Below, piece after piece: positions 63,101 to 64,000 of a DNA stretch of 64,000 nt. Position numbers and translations under genes: made by a program. Each line of letters starts with the position of its first letter. The first letter of the stretch is position 1. Under the pieces are notes generated by a model that was not told the DNA's origin, did no database searches, and worked only from the letters and a program-made list of their open reading frames with translations. This DNA is from Stegostoma tigrinum (Eukaryota), in the NCBI RefSeq assembly GCF_030684315.1, contig NC_081367.1, positions 60,327,414-60,391,413 on the forward strand. Reading direction: 5' to 3'.

Positions 63101-63498
63101 TAGATTGGTAAGAATGATCATTATTCTGCGAAATAATTATCCCATTAAAAATATCGAAATTATGTTAAAGACAAAGGCCAAACTGTTTAAGTACTGTAAT
63201 TGATGACTATCCACTGAAATCTGAAAATTATTCGGGACGTGTGGTTTCATGAAATCATGATTTCTTTATCTGTTATTGCACTCACCTACCTTTCACAATA
63301 CACGTCTGATGGACTAACGACAAATGAAGGAACATCATGGATCACATCTAAATGCGCTGAAAATATTCCGCCCAGGGTAATATCACCATCTTCAGACAAA
63401 TTCGGCAAATCATCTTTTGCTCGAGGCTTGCAAACCAGTCCATGAGATTCCCGCCTAGGCACAACAGCTAGCATCAAAAATATTAGAAACAAAGCCAT
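53248..63498 (-). CDS. V2R/OlfC-family class C GPCR, paralogue D, 864 aa: complement(join(53248..54155,54243..54366,56914..57141,57958..58791,59625..59916,63290..63498))
   Basis: Same motifs and exon lengths as A and B. The part of exon 3 upstream of the listed ORF was translated by hand and is open ([26 protein letters not shown]...NTEYGNFG). Confidence 0.95.
54243..54366 (-). CDS. Paralogue D exon 5
   Basis: 124 nt. Encodes [41 protein letters not shown]. Confidence 0.93.
54512..54758. mobile_element. Short rearranged, partly inverted PLE terminal-repeat insertion with a 10-bp TSD TTTTGAATAT
   Basis: TSD at 54502-54511 and 54759-54768. The hammerhead core CTGATGA...GAAACGTC is at 54674-54701 (+). 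Confidence 0.85.
56175..56860. mobile_element. PLE terminal-repeat fragment (about 56175-56600) followed by a CR1 fragment (about 56605-56860)
   Basis: The first part resembles 37410-37560. The second matches 46830-47090 ([18 protein letters not shown]). Confidence 0.65.
56914..57141 (-). CDS. Paralogue D exon 4
   Basis: 228 nt. Encodes [25 protein letters not shown]...WSSTGKQ. Confidence 0.93.
57958..58791 (-). CDS. Paralogue D exon 3
   Basis: 834 nt, ctgcag|ATT...CAG|gtagga. Confidence 0.94.
59625..59916 (-). CDS. Paralogue D exon 2
   Basis: 292 nt. Encodes [20 protein letters not shown]...FRIPM. The donor gttcgt is a weak match to consensus. Confidence 0.92.
60470..60692 (-). mobile_element. 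CR1-type LINE 3' end fragment
   Basis: Encodes [30 protein letters not shown]. Confidence 0.85.
63290..63498 (-). CDS. Paralogue D exon 1
   Basis: 209 nt, donor gtaggt. Encodes [14 protein letters not shown]...GDITLGGIF. Confidence 0.92.
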
Positions 63499-64000
63499 GG
63501 CTTTCTCGCGGGGAACCTATCATTGGATTAAACGGACTAAGAAAGAACGTGAATTATATGGCGTCCGGTACGACCTGAAGACATCCCAGAGCGCCTCACA
63601 GCCAATGACTCACTGTCGACCTGATCAAACGGGTTAAAGCTCTGAGACACCGCGCAATCTATTTGGTTGCGGGGCACCTTCATTGATGTGGCCAATCAAA
63701 TTTAATGGATTGCTATTTCTGCAGACGGCATTCATGTGAAATAAAATCAAGCGAACGTTTAAACCCCAAGTAGGTCGATATTTTCCAACAGGAATGGAAG
63801 ACTACTTAATCCTGCCAATTACCACCATTAAAACTGTGAGAAAAATAGGCCATTCATCCCAACGAGACTTCCCCTCACTTCTATTAGATCGTGGCTGATC
63901 GGATGATTGTCAACTCTAATTTATGTTCCAACCCGCCTCCCCCCACCCCCAACAAAACTATTGATCTACTTATTAAATAATAATCTGTCTATTTCATTTA
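63499..64000 (-). promoter_or_regulatory. Putative proximal promoter of D, with the variant CATATAA at 63554-63560
   Basis: Homologous to the upstream blocks of A, B and C. Confidence 0.55.

Overview
This is eukaryotic, intron-containing DNA. The repeat families point to an elasmobranch (shark-like) genome, which is an inference. The window holds a tandem cluster of class C GPCR genes of the V2R/OlfC (CaSR-like, vomeronasal type-2) family, all on the minus strand. Three copies look intact: A (5742-16274), B (21574-35680) and D (53248-63498). They share the same six-exon coding layout (209/292/834/228/124/908 nt, 864 aa) with GT-AG introns. A fourth copy, C (41199-50986), is a pseudogene: it has stops, has lost exons 2-3, and carries a Penelope-like insertion in exon 6. 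An orphan 3'-flank relic of a further copy lies at about 1040-1550. Introns and spacers are full of CR1-type LINEs, HE1/V-type and other tRNA-derived SINEs, and Penelope-like elements (PLEs). The PLE terminal repeats carry minimal hammerhead-ribozyme cores. The most notable signals are (1) short, TSD-flanked, self-complementary hammerhead-bearing PLE derivatives inside the receptor introns, some on the pre-mRNA strand; (2) patchwork homogenisation of exon 6 among paralogues, suggesting gene conversion; (3) the intron 1/intron 3 fusion in pseudogene C; and (4) a conserved promoter block. No prokaryotic system, CRISPR array, rRNA or genuine tRNA was seen. All alignments were done by eye.
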